A stretch of DNA of 60,801 bases, from contig BLSG01000329.1 in assembly GCA_012862495.1 (NCBI GenBank), positions 52,651 to 113,451 on the forward strand. The letters run 5' to 3'. This document shows, piece after piece, positions 10,989-23,447 of this stretch (position 1 is the stretch's first letter; every line of letters begins with the position of its first letter). Below the pieces are notes generated by a model. The model was not told where the DNA came from. It did not search any database and worked only from the letters and a program-made list of their open reading frames with translations. The position numbers and the translations under genes were made by a program. This DNA comes from Thraustochytrium aureum (lineage: Eukaryota).

Positions 10989-11819
10989 CTAGACGAGCGG
11001 GTCGGCGGTGCTGTCGGGGGTCGCGCTCAGGTCGTAGCTAGCCTCGCGGTCCAGCGCGGCCTGCACGGCTGCCTGCAGTTTGGCGACAACCGGGTGGCCG
11101 CTTGGCAGGGGCCGCGAAGCGCCCCCCACTTGGTACACCTCGTCCAGAGGCAGCACGAGGCGCGACGTCGACGTGATGAAAGCCGCTTCCCAAGACTCGC
11201 GCTCGCCCCAGTTTGGGGGGCTTAGGTCGACGGGGATCCCGTGCTCGCCCGCTGCGCGCAGAACGAGGCGGCGGATCGAGCCGCTCAGGATGTTTTCTCC
11301 AGCAGTCTGGATCACGCCGCCGCCCCGCACTACAAACACGTTGGAGGAAGCGCCCTCCAGCAGCGACCCATCAGGGGACATGATGAGCAGCTCGTTGACT
11401 CCAGGCGGCCACTGCAGCGCCTCGCGCTCGAGTATCCAGGCGCTGTCTTTGACCTCGCCGTACTTGCGTTCCACCGGCGTGACGACAGCCTTCACAGGAG
11501 GCGCGGGCAGCGCGGGCAGCTCGCGTATATGCGCAACGAGTCCGCTTGGGCTTGTCGCAATTGTGATGACGGCGTCCGCGCCAGCCGGGAGCGCCGCGCT
11601 CGCTTCACGCACGGTGCTTGCTACCGCGTTTGGGTCCGGCTCGGGCGCGCCAGTCTCTCGCGCGGAGCGCCGCAGCCGCTCCACGTGGACGCCAAGCGAG
11701 ACCGGCTTGCCCTTGTACGTCCGCAGCGCCGTGTACACGCATTTGCCAAGCTCCTTGACGAGGTCAGCGCCCGAGGTGGTCGTGGCCCGAAGAGCGCCGT
11801 CGCGCAAAACCCAGGCCAT
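10989..11819 (-). CDS. PLP-dependent aminotransferase class IV family protein (D-amino acid/branched-chain/ADC-lyase-like)
   Basis: VYTALRT, HVERLRRSA, VKDSAW, LLEGASSNVF, ILSGSIRRLV and AFITSTSRLVLP motifs of fold-type IV enzymes. Confidence 0.88.
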   Translation of the reverse strand: MAWVLRDGALRATTTSGADLVKELGKCVYTALRTYKGKPVSLGVHVERLRRSARETGAPEPDPNAVASTVREASAALPAGADAVITIATSPSGLVAHIRELPALPAPPVKAVVTPVERKYGEVKDSAWILEREALQWPPGVNELLIMSPDGSLLEGASSNVFVVRGGGVIQTAGENILSGSIRRLVLRAAGEHGIPVDLSPPNWGERESWEAAFITSTSRLVLPLDEVYQVGGASRPLPSGHPVVAKLQAAVQAALDREASYDLSATPDSTADPLV

Positions 11820-12140
11820 CGCTCCAGCCGCTCACGCCAATCAAGACCAGCGCACTGAGCCAAGAGTATGCACTCTACAGTCGCTCGCACTCGCCGCGAG
11901 CGCACCAGCGACCTCTGAGCGCCAGCTCGCAACCGCGTCCTGCCGGTGGATTTCTTTCATTCTCGCGACATTCGGCTCGCGTGTCGAGGCCACTCGCGCA
12001 CCTGAACACGCTCGAACGAACGAGAGCGACGATCACAGTGCTGCTCGCGATCAGCGCACTGATCTAGCTAGCTAGCGCGCTCGCGCGGACGCCGCTGTTC
12101 TTGCACCAGGTGGGCTCGTGGCCTGACCTTGAACGTGTGA

Positions 12141-12180
12141 ATGCAATGCAATGCAGTGAGTGCAATGCAGTGCAATGCAA
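12141..12180. repeat. (TGCAA/TGCAG)n pentanucleotide microsatellite
   Basis: atgcaatgcaatgcagtgagtgcaatgcagtgcaatgcaa between two divergently oriented genes. Confidence 0.75.
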
Positions 12181-12293
12181 GGCAGTTCGGGGGCTGGGGT
12201 GTGCATGCGCGAGGTCGCCACTTGGCGTCGGACCCGATGCCGCGCCCCACCAACCAACCCAGACCCGCTCGCGGCCCTGCGCGCCTCGTGGAA

Positions 12294-14038
12294 ATGGCCT
12301 CTTCGCGCGCTGCCGCGGCCGCTGCAGTTGCTCTTGCGCTGGTGGCCTTGGCTTGGGCCCCGCGGGAGACACCGAGGAAGGTCGACGTGGACGTGGCCTC
12401 GTTCGCTGCTGCGCCGGAAGGCTGGGCTGTGCCCTCGTGGGCCGAGGTTGTTGGCACAGTGGACGTGGTTGACGCGACCACGGGCGATGCCGTGCAACGG
12501 GCGCTGGAGCGCGGCGAGCCGGCTGTTTTGGTGGGGTCGCCGGCGGCGCAGTGGAGGGCGGTTGCAGAGTGGTCGCCCGAGAGGCTCTGCGAACGGCTCG
12601 GGACGCTCAAGGGCGTCCAGCGGACACGCGACCGGTCCAGCTTGTTCGTGTACGAGGCGCACAACAGAATGTTTGGCTCGCTTGCGCGCGATGGCAAGCT
12701 CGAGCATGTGTCTGCAGAGGGCAACGTGGAGAAGGGCGAGTTGGACTGCGGCGCGTTTTTCCGCGCGGAGCGGCCCGCGTACGCGTCAGCGTCAATGCTA
12801 GACGGCGCGTATCAGCAACTGTTGCCGGAAATCCAGCCGCGCGCGTTCATGTTTGTCCCCCTCGAGGGCGCCGCACCGGACGACTTTGCGACCCACCTGT
12901 CCTTTTCGGTGCCGGGCCCGATCACAGGAATCCACTACGACCCGAGCCACAACTTTTTCGCCCAGGTTTTCGGGTGCAAGCGGTTCCTGCTCGCCGAAGC
13001 GAGCGTCTGGAACGCCACGAGGCAGTTCCCGTTCCACCACCCGAGCGACCGACAGTCGCAGCTTGAGACTGGCGCCGCGCCGCCAGCCAGCAAGATCCGC
13101 GTCCGCGTGGCAGACCTCTCGCCGGGCCAAGTCCTGCTTTTGCCGCCATACGTGTTCCATCGCGTGGCAGCCTTCCCTTGCCCCGCGGGAAACGCGAGCG
13201 TGAGCGTCAATACCTGGTCTCCCGCGCGCGAGCAGAAAGTCAGCCTCGCCATCAAAACCAGACTGCCCCGGTTTTTCGCCTCGAGCTTGGACGACGAAGG
13301 CGTCGCGGATGAAAGCTTCCGCCGCGGCGCAGCGGCCCTGTATATAGGCCGCGTTGTCTCGGCATTCGCCGAGGAGGGCGCCGCTCAGTTTTTGCCAACA
13401 CGCGGTGGTCGACCAGCGATNNNNNNNNNNNNNNNNNNNNNNNNNNNNNNNNNNNNNNNNNNNNNNNNNNNNNNNNNNNNNNNNNNNNNNNNNNNNNNNN
13501 NNNNNNNNNNNNNNNNNNNNNNNNNNNNNNNNNNNNNNNNNNNNNNNNNNNNNNNNNNNNNNNNNNNNNNNNNNNNNNNNNNNNNNNNNNNNNNNNNNNN
13601 NNNNNNNNNNNNNNNNNNNNNNNNNNNNNNNNNNNNNNNNNNNNNNNNNNNNNNNNNNNNNNNNNCGCGGTGGTCGACCAGCGATATCGCTCAAGTGAAG
13701 GCTTGGCTGGCGCGCTTGGCTGCCGGGGGGCGCGCCCAGACGAGGAGGCGCCCTTGGATTGCCCAGCGGATTTGGGCCGGTTTCGGGAAGACAACCCTGC
13801 AGTCGCAGACAAGATTGACCAGCTCGGCGACGCGATCGTGGCGGAGCTCAGAACCGTGGCTTCGCGGGCTGTAGCGCGGCTCATGGTTGCTGACTGGGTC
13901 GAGCACGTCGTCACGTCTGTGGCGGGTGACCGCGCTGACCAGATCTGCGGGATTCTAGAGCTCTGCGTCGTTGCACCGCTCAGCAAGGGGACAGAGGAGC
14001 CCACGAAGGGCGCAATGGCGGAGATCGATAGGGAGTAG
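12294..14038 (+). CDS. JmjC/cupin-like 2-oxoglutarate-Fe(II) oxygenase with an N-terminal signal peptide or anchor
   Basis: MASSRAAAAAAVALALVALAWAP leader; TGIHYDPSHNFFAQVFGCKRFLL and LSPGQVLLLPPYVFHRV (HxD...H). The C-terminus probably continues in ORF 13670..14038 after a frameshift near 13389-13396 and a gap with duplicated flanks. Confidence 0.85.
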
Positions 14039-14272
14039 TAGAACAAAAAGCAAATGGATGCAAGGGAGTGCGGCGCTACACACGGACAACAAAAGCCCAC
14101 TCCACGAACAGGATTTCGCAATAAAGCTGATCTGATACACATTCCACATTCTGCTCCGGAAGCGCCGCAAAGAAACCAAGGCAGAGGATTGGTCTGCTCA
14201 GCGCGACCGAAATGCCTTCGAGTCTGCGAGGGCGAAGGCCGCACGACACGAGAGCCAAAACGTTGGCACAAA

Positions 14273-15855
14273 CTACACATAGCCACTATCACGAGTGTTG
14301 GCACCGCCGTCCTCGCTGTACTCGTCCTCTGGGGCACCGCGGTCCTTGGACTGGCGGTTGCGGTTCTTTTTCTTGACCCGGAGCTTGCGCTGGCTCCCGT
14401 CGGCAGACGTCGTGACTGCAATCTGGTGGTCGCCGCTGTTGACGCTTGACTCGGAGTACTCGAACGACTCCGAGTCGAAGCGGGCTGGGCGCATCTTGCG
14501 CACAGCTGCGTCGCGCGTGCGGTTGTACTCCATGACGTCTTGCGCGCTAAAGTCGGGGTATGCGTACCCTTCGTGGTACTTGACGTCCAGGCCGAGGAGC
14601 TGGTCGTCTTCGTCGAGCGCGACGCCAACCGTCTTGAGGAGCGTGAAAAAGATGATGAAACCGGTCACGGCCGCCCATGCAGCGAGCGCAGCAAGCCCCA
14701 CGAGCTGGCCGAAGAGGTGGTCTGCGTTGCCCGAGTAAAAAGCCCGCCGTCGAGGTCAAAGAGGCCGACTGCGACAACGCCGAGTGCGCCGCACGCGCCG
14801 TGGACCGCGAAAGCATCGAGCGGGTCGTCGAGGTGCAGGCGCCTGAGCACGATGTGCGAAGTGCCCAGGTAGACGAGGCCAGCGACCGCCCCGATGACAC
14901 AAGCGGCCCATGGGTCGACCAAGCCGCAGGGGCCCGTGATTGCGACGAGACCGGCGAGGATGCCGTTTCCGGCCTCGTTCAGGTGGTGGATGCGGCTCTT
15001 GATGTACATGGTCACAACGACCACGGTGCTGGAGACGCTCAGAGCGAGCATCGAGTTGATGAGGGCGCGCGATGCGAGGCGCATCGTGACCGTGTCGGTG
15101 CCGCCGCTGGAGCCTGCGTTGAAGTACATCCATCCCATAATGAGCAGGAACACGCCGAGGGTCTGCAGTGTGGCGGAGTGGCCGGGCATGTCACGCACCG
15201 TGAGCTTGCTCTCGCCAAAGTCTTGCGCCACGAAGCGGCCGACACGCGGGCCGCAGGCCCAGGCGCCAATGATGCCGTAGATGCCGCCTATCATGTGGAC
15301 CACGCCACTCCCGGCAAAGTCCTTGAAGCCAAAGTCGGCGTTGAGCCAGCCATTCTCAGTCCAGGCCCAGTGGGCTGCGATTGGGTAGATGACGCCAGTA
15401 AAGATGAGCGCCACCGGGATGTAGATCTCGAAGCGCATCCGGCTCAGCACAGAGCCGCTCATGATGGTCGCCCCAGTCACCGCGAACCCGAACTGCTGCA
15501 CGAAGAGCGCATAGTTGCCGTCGTCAGGCACGAAGAAGGAGAGCGGCTTGCCGCTGATGAAGCGGCCGTCGCCTTGGTAGAGCCCCCAGCCCAGCACAAA
15601 CCAGATCAGGATGCCAAAGGCAAAGTCGAGCAGGTTTTTCATGAGAATGGCCTTGGTGTTCTTGGCTTTGGCCGCGCCGGTCTCGAGCATGGCAAACCCG
15701 GCCTGCAAGCCGAGGATGCCTACCGCGGAGACGATAAGGTACAGCTCGTCCTGGGTGCCCTGCATGGCTTGCATCTGGGCCTCCAGGTCGCTTCTGAGCG
15801 TTGTGATGTCCTCCATGACGGCCAGGAGCTCCTCGGAGCTCATGTTGCTGGCCAT
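14273..15855 (-). CDS. AMT: Ammonium transporter (Amt family), one apparent frameshift
   Basis: QAGFAMLETG, DFAGSGVVHMIGG, GILAGLVAITG and LDDPLDAFAVHG motifs. One extra base in the A5 run at 14737-14741 gives GLFYSGNADHLFGQLVG, joining ORF 14273..14701 (LLGLDVKYHEGYAY). Confidence 0.95.
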
Positions 15856-18721
15856 CGTGCAGGCCCGCGCCCGGCGCTGTTTTCGTCCGCCTTGCTCTTT
15901 TGGCGCGTGAGACTTGCTAGCTGATCGCCGTTACGGCCGGTCGATTCGGGTTTGCCCTGGTCGGCCCAAGGAGGATCCGACACCATTGCAACCGCACCAC
16001 CTTGACGGCACCGAAGAGGGACTTTGTCGTCGACCATACCGCCTCACATGTGTGCGCGCGGGTCTGGCCTGCCTCTCATCGCTCATGATAGAGCAAGGGA
16101 GCAAGAGATTGGTTTGGGCCACTCGTTCTTGTCCGTGACTCGTCACTTGGTCCGAGCGAAACCGCATCGCTGCAGCTCCAACCCTGCTCATCAAGCTGAC
16201 GGAGATGACGGACGGAGAGAGAAAGGAAAACCACCCCAAACGTGGCTTTTTGCACATCGTGTCTGTCGTCTCTCGTGGATAGTCTGCAATGATTCCGTGA
16301 CGGCCTCCGCCAGCGCACTCCGCACGCTCCAACGCTCGCTGTGCGTCAATCGCGACGGACGCCATCGAGTGCGTGGCGGATTGCGAGCAAGGGCGAGTGA
16401 AATGAATCCAACTTGCCGACACATCCACGACCAACGCGCAGCGAGACGCAACTCGCCTCCTCCCTTCCTTTTCTTTCACCACCTCACCAGCACGACGAGA
16501 GGAAGAAGGCCCAGGTCGGCGCGCAGGTAGAGGGCGCAGTCGCTGGCGGTTCGTGCATTTACGCCAACCGGTCCGTCGCCTGCTGAGAGTGGTTGGTGGA
16601 GCTCGTCGTGGTGGAGGTGGAGCTCGGCAAGCTCGGACTGGTGGAGCATACAGCTTCGAGCGGGGCGCGGGCCTCGTCAGAGTCGTAATTCGTGACGCAC
16701 TGCGTACCAGATTACGCTGCCAGTGCATTCCAGTGCCGCACACGACTCTTGACGCACCAAGCCCGCCAGCCAACCAGCCAGCTAGAGTCTTTCTGTTCGT
16801 CCCAATTGCGACTCGGAGTCGGAGAGAGAGCGAACTTTGCAAACAAAAGCATGCCCCAGACCTCAAGGGCGGGCGGCCAGCTGCCTCGAGGAGCTTCTCT
16901 CGTTGATGCGGGCGGGCGCGGCAAGCAAGCGACTGTTGACGTGTTGACGCGACTGGAACGAACGCAATGATGCCATCCATGACAGCTCCAGCGCAATTGC
17001 TCCCGCGAATTCACATCCATCCCTTCACTCCGAGTCCTTCATCCACGCATCACCCCGAAGCCGGTCTCGCCTGCAGTCCAGTTGTTCGCCTCCAGAGTAC
17101 GAGTAGGGAGGCTTCGAGCGAGGCGTTCTCCTTGATTGCCTACCCCCAGGTCAGCACAGGAGACAGCATCCCTGGAGGNNNNNNNNNNNNNNNNNNNNNN
17201 NNNNNNNNNNNNNNNNNNNNNNNNNNNNNNNNNNNNNNNNNNNNNNNNNNNNNNNNNNNNNNNNNNNNNNNNNNNNNNNNNNNNNNNNNNNNNNNNNNNN
17301 NNNNNNNNNNNNNNNNNNNNNNNNNNNNNNNNNNNNNNNNNNNNNNNNNNNNNNNNNNNNNNNNNNNNNNNNNNNNNNNNNNNNNNNNNNNNNNNNNNNN
17401 NNNNNNNNNNNNNNNNNNNNNNNNNNNNNNNNNNNNNNNNNNNNNNNNNNNNNNNNNNNNNNNNNNNNNNNNNNNNNNNNNNNNNNNNNNNNNNNNNNNN
17501 NNNNNNNNNNNNNNNNNNNNNNNNNNNNNNNNNNNNNNNNNNNNNNNNNNNNNNNNNNNNNNNNNNNNNNNNNNNNNNNNNNNNNNNNNNNNNNNNNNNN
17601 NNNNNNNNNNNNNNNNNNNNNNNNNNNNNNNNNNNNNNNNNNNNNNNNNNNNNNNNNNNNNNNNNNNNNNNNNNNNNNNNNNNNNNNNNNNNNNNNNNNN
17701 NNNNNNNNNNNNNNNNNNNNNNNNNNNNNNNNNNNNNNNNNNNNNNNNNNNNNNNNNNNNNNNNNNNNNNNNNNNNNNNNNNNNNNNNNNNNNNNNNNNN
17801 NNNNNNNNNNNNNNNNNNNNNNNNNNNNNNNNNNNNNNNNNNNNNNNNNNNNNNNNNNNNNNNNNNNNNNNNNNNNNNNNNNNNNNNNNNNNNNNNNNNN
17901 NNNNNNNNNNNNNNNNNNNNNNNNNNNNNNNNNNNNNNNNNNNNNNNNNNNNNNNNNNNNNNNNNNNNNNNNNNNNNNNNNNNNNNNNNNNNNNNNNNNN
18001 NNNNNNNNNNNNNNNNNNNNNNNNNNNNNNNACCCAACGCAGCGTTGGTCTCAACCGTCGCCGCCTCCGTGAGAGATCTCGCTGAACCTACGCTGAGCGC
18101 GGCTCGCGCAGGCCGAGCTCGGTGCAAGCGAGCGGCGCCAGCGCGGGCTGGCGAGTACACGACCGCGAGGCCCAACGGCGGCGAAAAACCCGGGTGCAGG
18201 CGAGTCTGCACAAGTTTCGATCGGCAGGTCCCACGCTGAACTCCGGTGCGGTCTTGCAGGCAAGGAGGTTGAGTTTTCGCGACGCCACGCCGCTGCAACC
18301 GCACGGCAAAACCTACTGGTGCCGCTGCTGCCATCGATGCCGCAGCAGCGATGCCGGGAGCTTTCTCGGCCGGCCAGTGAGAGCAATGGCTGAATGAATA
18401 CCGGCCAACCCCCAGACTTGCAACCCACATCCGCCGATTCCATACTGTTGAGGCGAATCGCGCGGTTCAGAGCGCCAGCGAAACAGGGGCATCATTCACG
18501 GCTCGCACCAGCCAGCACAGCAGCGTGCCTGCAAGCCGACGCAAGCGGCGCGATACTTGCGCGCGGCCCTCACCGGCGGGCAGGCGTTCAGGAGACGGGA
18601 CGCGTGGCGTCCTGCAGACCCATCCGCATACTGAACCGCCCGAATGCGAGGCAATGGAATCAATGGCAGGCAACACATCAAACGCCCTTTCGAAGCAAGG
18701 CGCGCTTCGACAGTCGCCACC

Positions 18722-20029
18722 ATGTTGCGCGGCTGCCTTCGCTTGCGGCGCTGGCGCCGCAAAAAGTCGAGCAAGGCGGGGCCTAGCGGCGCCCCGCTCG
18801 AACCAGAGCACCTGGACGGCGCAACGCGCGCAGAACTGAGCACGAGCGCGCTGCTCGCCCTCACTTGCGTGCAAAATAGAGCGCCGCGGTCACTCGAGCG
18901 AATTCTCGCAGACGCGCCGGAGACCGGCGAGGAGCTCTGTCGATGGCGCAACCGCGACGGGTTGTCGTTGGCCCACATCCTCGCACGCGACGGCGAAGCG
19001 GAAATGCTGGCAACCGTCCTGGCAGCCTTAAGCGAACTAGACAAAGCGACCTTGATCCGGGCACCATCAAAGCACATCGCGAAACACGGCCCTCCCGCCA
19101 GGGACACGCCGCTGCACGCCGCTGCAGAGACCCACCAGGCGGCCTGTGTCGGCATCCTCATTGCTAACGGAGCAGACGCCTGCGCGCAGGACGAATTCTC
19201 GCTCTCGCCACTGCACCGAGCCGCCATGCGCGACGGCAAGAGCTGCGACGCGGTGCGCCGCACCATAGACCTTTTGCTCTCTGCGGCCCCCGAGCTGTTG
19301 CTGGGGCGAGACAAGCTGGGCATGACGCCTCTCCACCGGGCCTGCATGCGCGGCAACGTGGCCGCAGTGGAGCACCTGGTCTGGCACGCGAAAGCGTGCG
19401 GCAAGAGTCGCGAGGCGATATGGGCTCGAACAAACCACCCGACACCGTCCGAGCCTGCGGGCAGCGGGCTGCGAGCTAGGGTCGATCCGACGCCAGCACA
19501 CCTGGTGCTTTTCCCCGCGGCTGTCAAGTCGCAGGCCACTTTGCGCCGTCTGTTAGAGTTTCTGCTGAACGAGCCCGGGGCGACGCCTTTGATGTCGGAC
19601 GCGGCCAACCGCGTCTCATTGCTCCACACAGCAGCCCGGTTCGGCCAGATCGCGGCCATCTACCAGCTCGTCGGTTGCGGGGCGGACCTCAACGCCGCCG
19701 ACGAGACCGGCAGCTCGCCTCTCCACGTCGCCGTGCACTTTGGCCAGATCGACGCTGCGCGCGCCCTCGTCGAGCTCGGCGCAAACCGGGCGATCATGAA
19801 TGCGAGCGGGAGCACCGCGTGGGAAGTGGCCCTCGATCGAGCGCAGTTCGAAATTATGCAGATCGTTGAGGCGCCTTTCGGCGAGGACGAGCCGGCCCAG
19901 GCCGAGGTTGCGGTGCGCTGCTGTTCATTGCGGCGCATCTCGGCCTCCGTGCGCCGCGCTGCCGCCGACTGCCCCTTTTCGCGCCCCGCCGCTGCGAGAG
20001 TGCGGCGCCCATCTCGCCTCCTCGCCTAG
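18722..20029 (+). CDS. Ankyrin-repeat protein
   Basis: Multiple ankyrin consensus units: DGLSLAHILA, DTPLHAAA, LSPLHRAA, GMTPLHRAC, VSLLHTAA, GSSPLHVAV. Confidence 0.85.
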   Translation: MLRGCLRLRRWRRKKSSKAGPSGAPLEPEHLDGATRAELSTSALLALTCVQNRAPRSLERILADAPETGEELCRWRNRDGLSLAHILARDGEAEMLATVLAALSELDKATLIRAPSKHIAKHGPPARDTPLHAAAETHQAACVGILIANGADACAQDEFSLSPLHRAAMRDGKSCDAVRRTIDLLLSAAPELLLGRDKLGMTPLHRACMRGNVAAVEHLVWHAKACGKSREAIWARTNHPTPSEPAGSGLRARVDPTPAHLVLFPAAVKSQATLRRLLEFLLNEPGATPLMSDAANRVSLLHTAARFGQIAAIYQLVGCGADLNAADETGSSPLHVAVHFGQIDAARALVELGANRAIMNASGSTAWEVALDRAQFEIMQIVEAPFGEDEPAQAEVAVRCCSLRRISASVRRAAADCPFSRPAAARVRRPSRLLA

Positions 20030-20791
20030 CTCTAGCTCGAGACGAGAATGCAACAAAAATCTACTTTAGAGGTATTCATGTCGCCGCCCGCACGCGCATC
20101 GCAGCGCGCAGAAAGCAAAGCCCGAACAGCACCACTTGCAAGCCTACCGGGGCCTTGGCTCAACGCAGGCCGACGAAGCCAACCGCAACGCGAGGCAAGA
20201 AGAAGAAGAAGCCCATCTCGCCCTGATTGTTGACGCGCCTTTCCAAAACGAATGTCCGTTGCGGAAACCTCTCCGAGCGCCGGTGCAACCTGGCTGCGCC
20301 GATGCGCTGTTCAAGCTACTGTCGAGAGGCCCCGGCGATTGCCCGGATGCAGCGGCACGCGAGCTCTTATCGCCGAGAGACCGCTCTGACGCGGGTGTGC
20401 TGTCCACATTGTGACATCGTCGTTTGTGAGAGAATTGGAGAATTTGTTGGTGTAATGCAGGTGTAATGCGTGAGTCAATCAAGGAGCTTGCAACCATTCG
20501 AAGCGAGCGTGCATGCGAGCGTGCAGCCAGATGACTCGGCGCGCCAAGACAAAGCCTCCAACTTGCGCGTTGTCGTCGCCGCCGTCGCCGTCGTGCAGCA
20601 CAGGGTTTGAACGATCGCACCGGTCGAGCGGCGGACGCGAAGCAGGCGCGCGCCTTCTCGAGTTGCACGCGGGGCCTGCTCGAGTCGACGCGGCACAGGA
20701 GTTTGAGCACGTGCGCGCCGGACGGGGCCGCTGGCGCCGCGGGGAAACGCGGGCTTGACTGGACCGGCCTAAAGGGTCGCCCCGGGCAGGC

Positions 20792-21571
20792 ATGGGGCTC
20801 AGCGTGACGGCATACGTGCGCGGGGGCGCTGCCAGCGCCCTGGAGAGCGTCAGGAAGGAAGTCGGCCGGAAGGCGCACGCGCTGGCCGAGCTCGAGGAGC
20901 GGCACGACCTGGCCAAGTTTTGCTACAGCGGGGCCCGCCTAGCGGCTGCTAGCGCAACAGCCATCGTCAACCTCCACGTGAGCGTGTGCAACGGGTGCCT
21001 CCGCATCGTGGTCACCGCGGCAACCAGCTCGTGCGTCACGGGCACGGTGCATGTCATCCACATCGGGCTCCGCGGCCTCTTCCGGGGCGCCTTTAACACG
21101 CTGTGCTCCATGGTGGCACATCTTTACCAGGCCTTGCTTCGCGCCGGGACGAGGATGGTGGATTTCAACAGGCGGTCCGCTGTCAAGTGCATCGAGTACT
21201 CGCGAGACTTTGCCAACTATGCCGCCGACCGGGCCGTGTTCGTTAACCGGACCGTATTTCTCCCTGCCGTGTCCAGCGCAGTGTTTGACTACATGGGACC
21301 CACGGCCGGGGCCACTTGCGCCTACACATCGCGCAAAGTTCGCATGGTTGCGCACAGGCAGACGGAACTACTCGCGGAGGCGTTCCCAGGCTCTGCGAAC
21401 TTTGTGCGCCGCGTCGCGCGGGCGGTTGCCACGCTCGTTGTCCTCTCCTCCAACACGATCACGGCTCTGTCCACAATCCCGCAGCAAGTGGTGCGCCAAG
21501 TTTCGATGCGGTCGGGCCACGAGGCGCTTCTTGCTCGCTTTGCACGGCCCTGCGTCATTGACGTCGAGTGA
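20792..21571 (+). CDS. Hypothetical protein
   Basis: 259-aa ATG-initiated ORF with balanced, globular-looking composition; no family recognised. Confidence 0.55.
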   Translation: MGLSVTAYVRGGAASALESVRKEVGRKAHALAELEERHDLAKFCYSGARLAAASATAIVNLHVSVCNGCLRIVVTAATSSCVTGTVHVIHIGLRGLFRGAFNTLCSMVAHLYQALLRAGTRMVDFNRRSAVKCIEYSRDFANYAADRAVFVNRTVFLPAVSSAVFDYMGPTAGATCAYTSRKVRMVAHRQTELLAEAFPGSANFVRRVARAVATLVVLSSNTITALSTIPQQVVRQVSMRSGHEALLARFARPCVIDVE

Positions 21572-23447
21572 GCTCCGCCAACGCGGAGCGCCGCAACCCG
21601 CATATGCCGACGGAGCGGCTGATGCGAGGGCAAGGGCCAAGGGTCTGGGTGGCCTGGGGCAACCTGAACGGCAAAACACCTCGACTGGCTTGGCGGCCTC
21701 TCCAGAGTACGGAATTGTCCCCGCAAGCGGCTCCGCGTATGGGCAATGCGCTGCCGCGTTGCGACTTGGCGGCGCGGGCGGGTTGTTGGGGACCTGCCTG
21801 CCGCATTGCCCAGTTCTGTTTCTGATTGATCAATGATCAAGACTGACGATAGTATACCGTAAGCCATGTAACTACGCTGATGAACATGAGCACCTCTCGC
21901 ACGCTTTCAGGCTGTACGATCACCATGGTGAAGTGACACTGCGGTGAACTCGAAGTGACAATTTGAATTTTGATCGTCATCACACCTGGATGGCCACTCC
22001 ACAATTTGGCAACCCTGTGTATCGCTTGCAGGACGGCAAACTCGCTTACGTGGAACGAAGCGTGGAGACTGGCCACCCATTAACCCTCTGGAGATAGACC
22101 ACAAGGAGCGTTTCGTCCGGCACTGGATCAACATCCCATCGGCGGCAGGCCGCTGCGCGCACGTGTTCTGTTCTCCGCCCGGCTGACGCCACCAGCAACG
22201 CAAGGAGGCTGGGGAACTGTGCGAGATCCATGCGAAAATGTCGCTAGAGGAGCCGCATCGTCGATGCTCGCTGACGAAACGCAGATACCGTCCGGCGTCT
22301 GCTGAGGTCGCAGCAACTCGAGAGCCGCCAACCAGAATTCAGCTTCCTGGCTGGCGCCTGTCCAGGTCAGGCCGCGGGCGGGCGGGGTTGACAAGCGAAT
22401 GGCCTCGACGGAGGCTGGCCCGGTGCAATCCCAAGCGAGCAGCGCCCTGTCCTTCAAGCTTCGCGGCGCCTTGTTCCAAAGCGCGCGCCCGCTATCCTGG
22501 CGGCGGCCACCGTGCCCTTGGCCACTTTTTCCCTGCGTCCGCTCCTGCCCAGGAAACGCCATCCTGCTCGGTTTGCGTCCACCCTTGCAGCTCGGCACCA
22601 AGCGCACCGCGCACAGCAGGACCAGGCGAGAAGAGACATCGCCGCAGGCGCGGCCGCGCAGAGCCCTACTTCCTCCCTTCCAGGCCACGGCCAAGCGCGG
22701 CAAGGGCGAGGCGGAACAAGGCGCCCGAAGCCTCGCGAGATGCCGANNNNNNNNNNNNNNNNNNNNNNNNNNNNNNNNNNNNNNNNNNNNNNNNNNNNNN
22801 NNNNNNNNNNNNNNNNNNNNNNNNNNNNNNNNNNNNNNNNNNNNNNNNNNNNNNNNNNNNNNNNNNNNNNNNNNNNNNNNNNNNNNNNNNNNNNNNNNNN
22901 NNNNNNNNNNNNNNNNNNNNNNNNNNNNNNNNNNNNNNNNNNNNNNNNNNNNNNNNNNNNNNNNNNNNNNNNNNNNNNNNNNNNNNNNNNNNNNNNNNNN
23001 NNNNNNNNNNNNNNNNNNNNNNNNNNNNNNNNNNNNNNNNNNNNNNNNNNNNNNNNNNNNNNNNNNNNNNNNNNNNNNNNNNNNNNNNNNNNNNNNNNNN
23101 NNNNNNNNNNNNNNNNNNNNNNNNNNNNNNNNNNNNNNNNNNNNNNNNNNNNNNNNNNNNNNNNNNNNNNNNNNNNNNNNNNNNNNNNNNNNNNNNNNNN
23201 NNNNNNNNNNNNNNNNNNNNNNNNNNNNNNNNNNNNNNNNNNNNNNNNNNNNNNNNNNNNNNNNNNNNNNNNNNNNNNNNNNNNNNNNNNNNNNNNNNNN
23301 NNNNNNNNNNNNNNNNNNNNNNNNNNNNNNNNNNNNNNNNNNNNNNNNNNNNNNNNNNNNNNNNNNNNNNNNNNNNNNNNNNNNNNNNNNNNNNNNNNNN
23401 NNNNNNNNNNNNNNNNNNNNNNNNNNNNNNNNNNNNNNNNNNNNNNN

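Noticed and set aside
14273..15855. Calling the frameshifted genes pseudogenes
   Set aside because: Motifs are intact on both sides, the breaks fall at homopolymers, and essential genes are affected in the same way.
14677..15924. Long antisense ORFs over real genes (also 10011-11225, 11080-12075 and 52756-53810)
   Set aside because: Expected shadows of GC-rich codon usage on the opposite strand; no recognisable domains.
16967..18430. Long ORFs spanning N-runs (also 22128-23774, 37968-39195, 47617-48774 and 50058-51118)
   Set aside because: Their length comes from untranslatable Ns, and the flanks show no independent coding signal.
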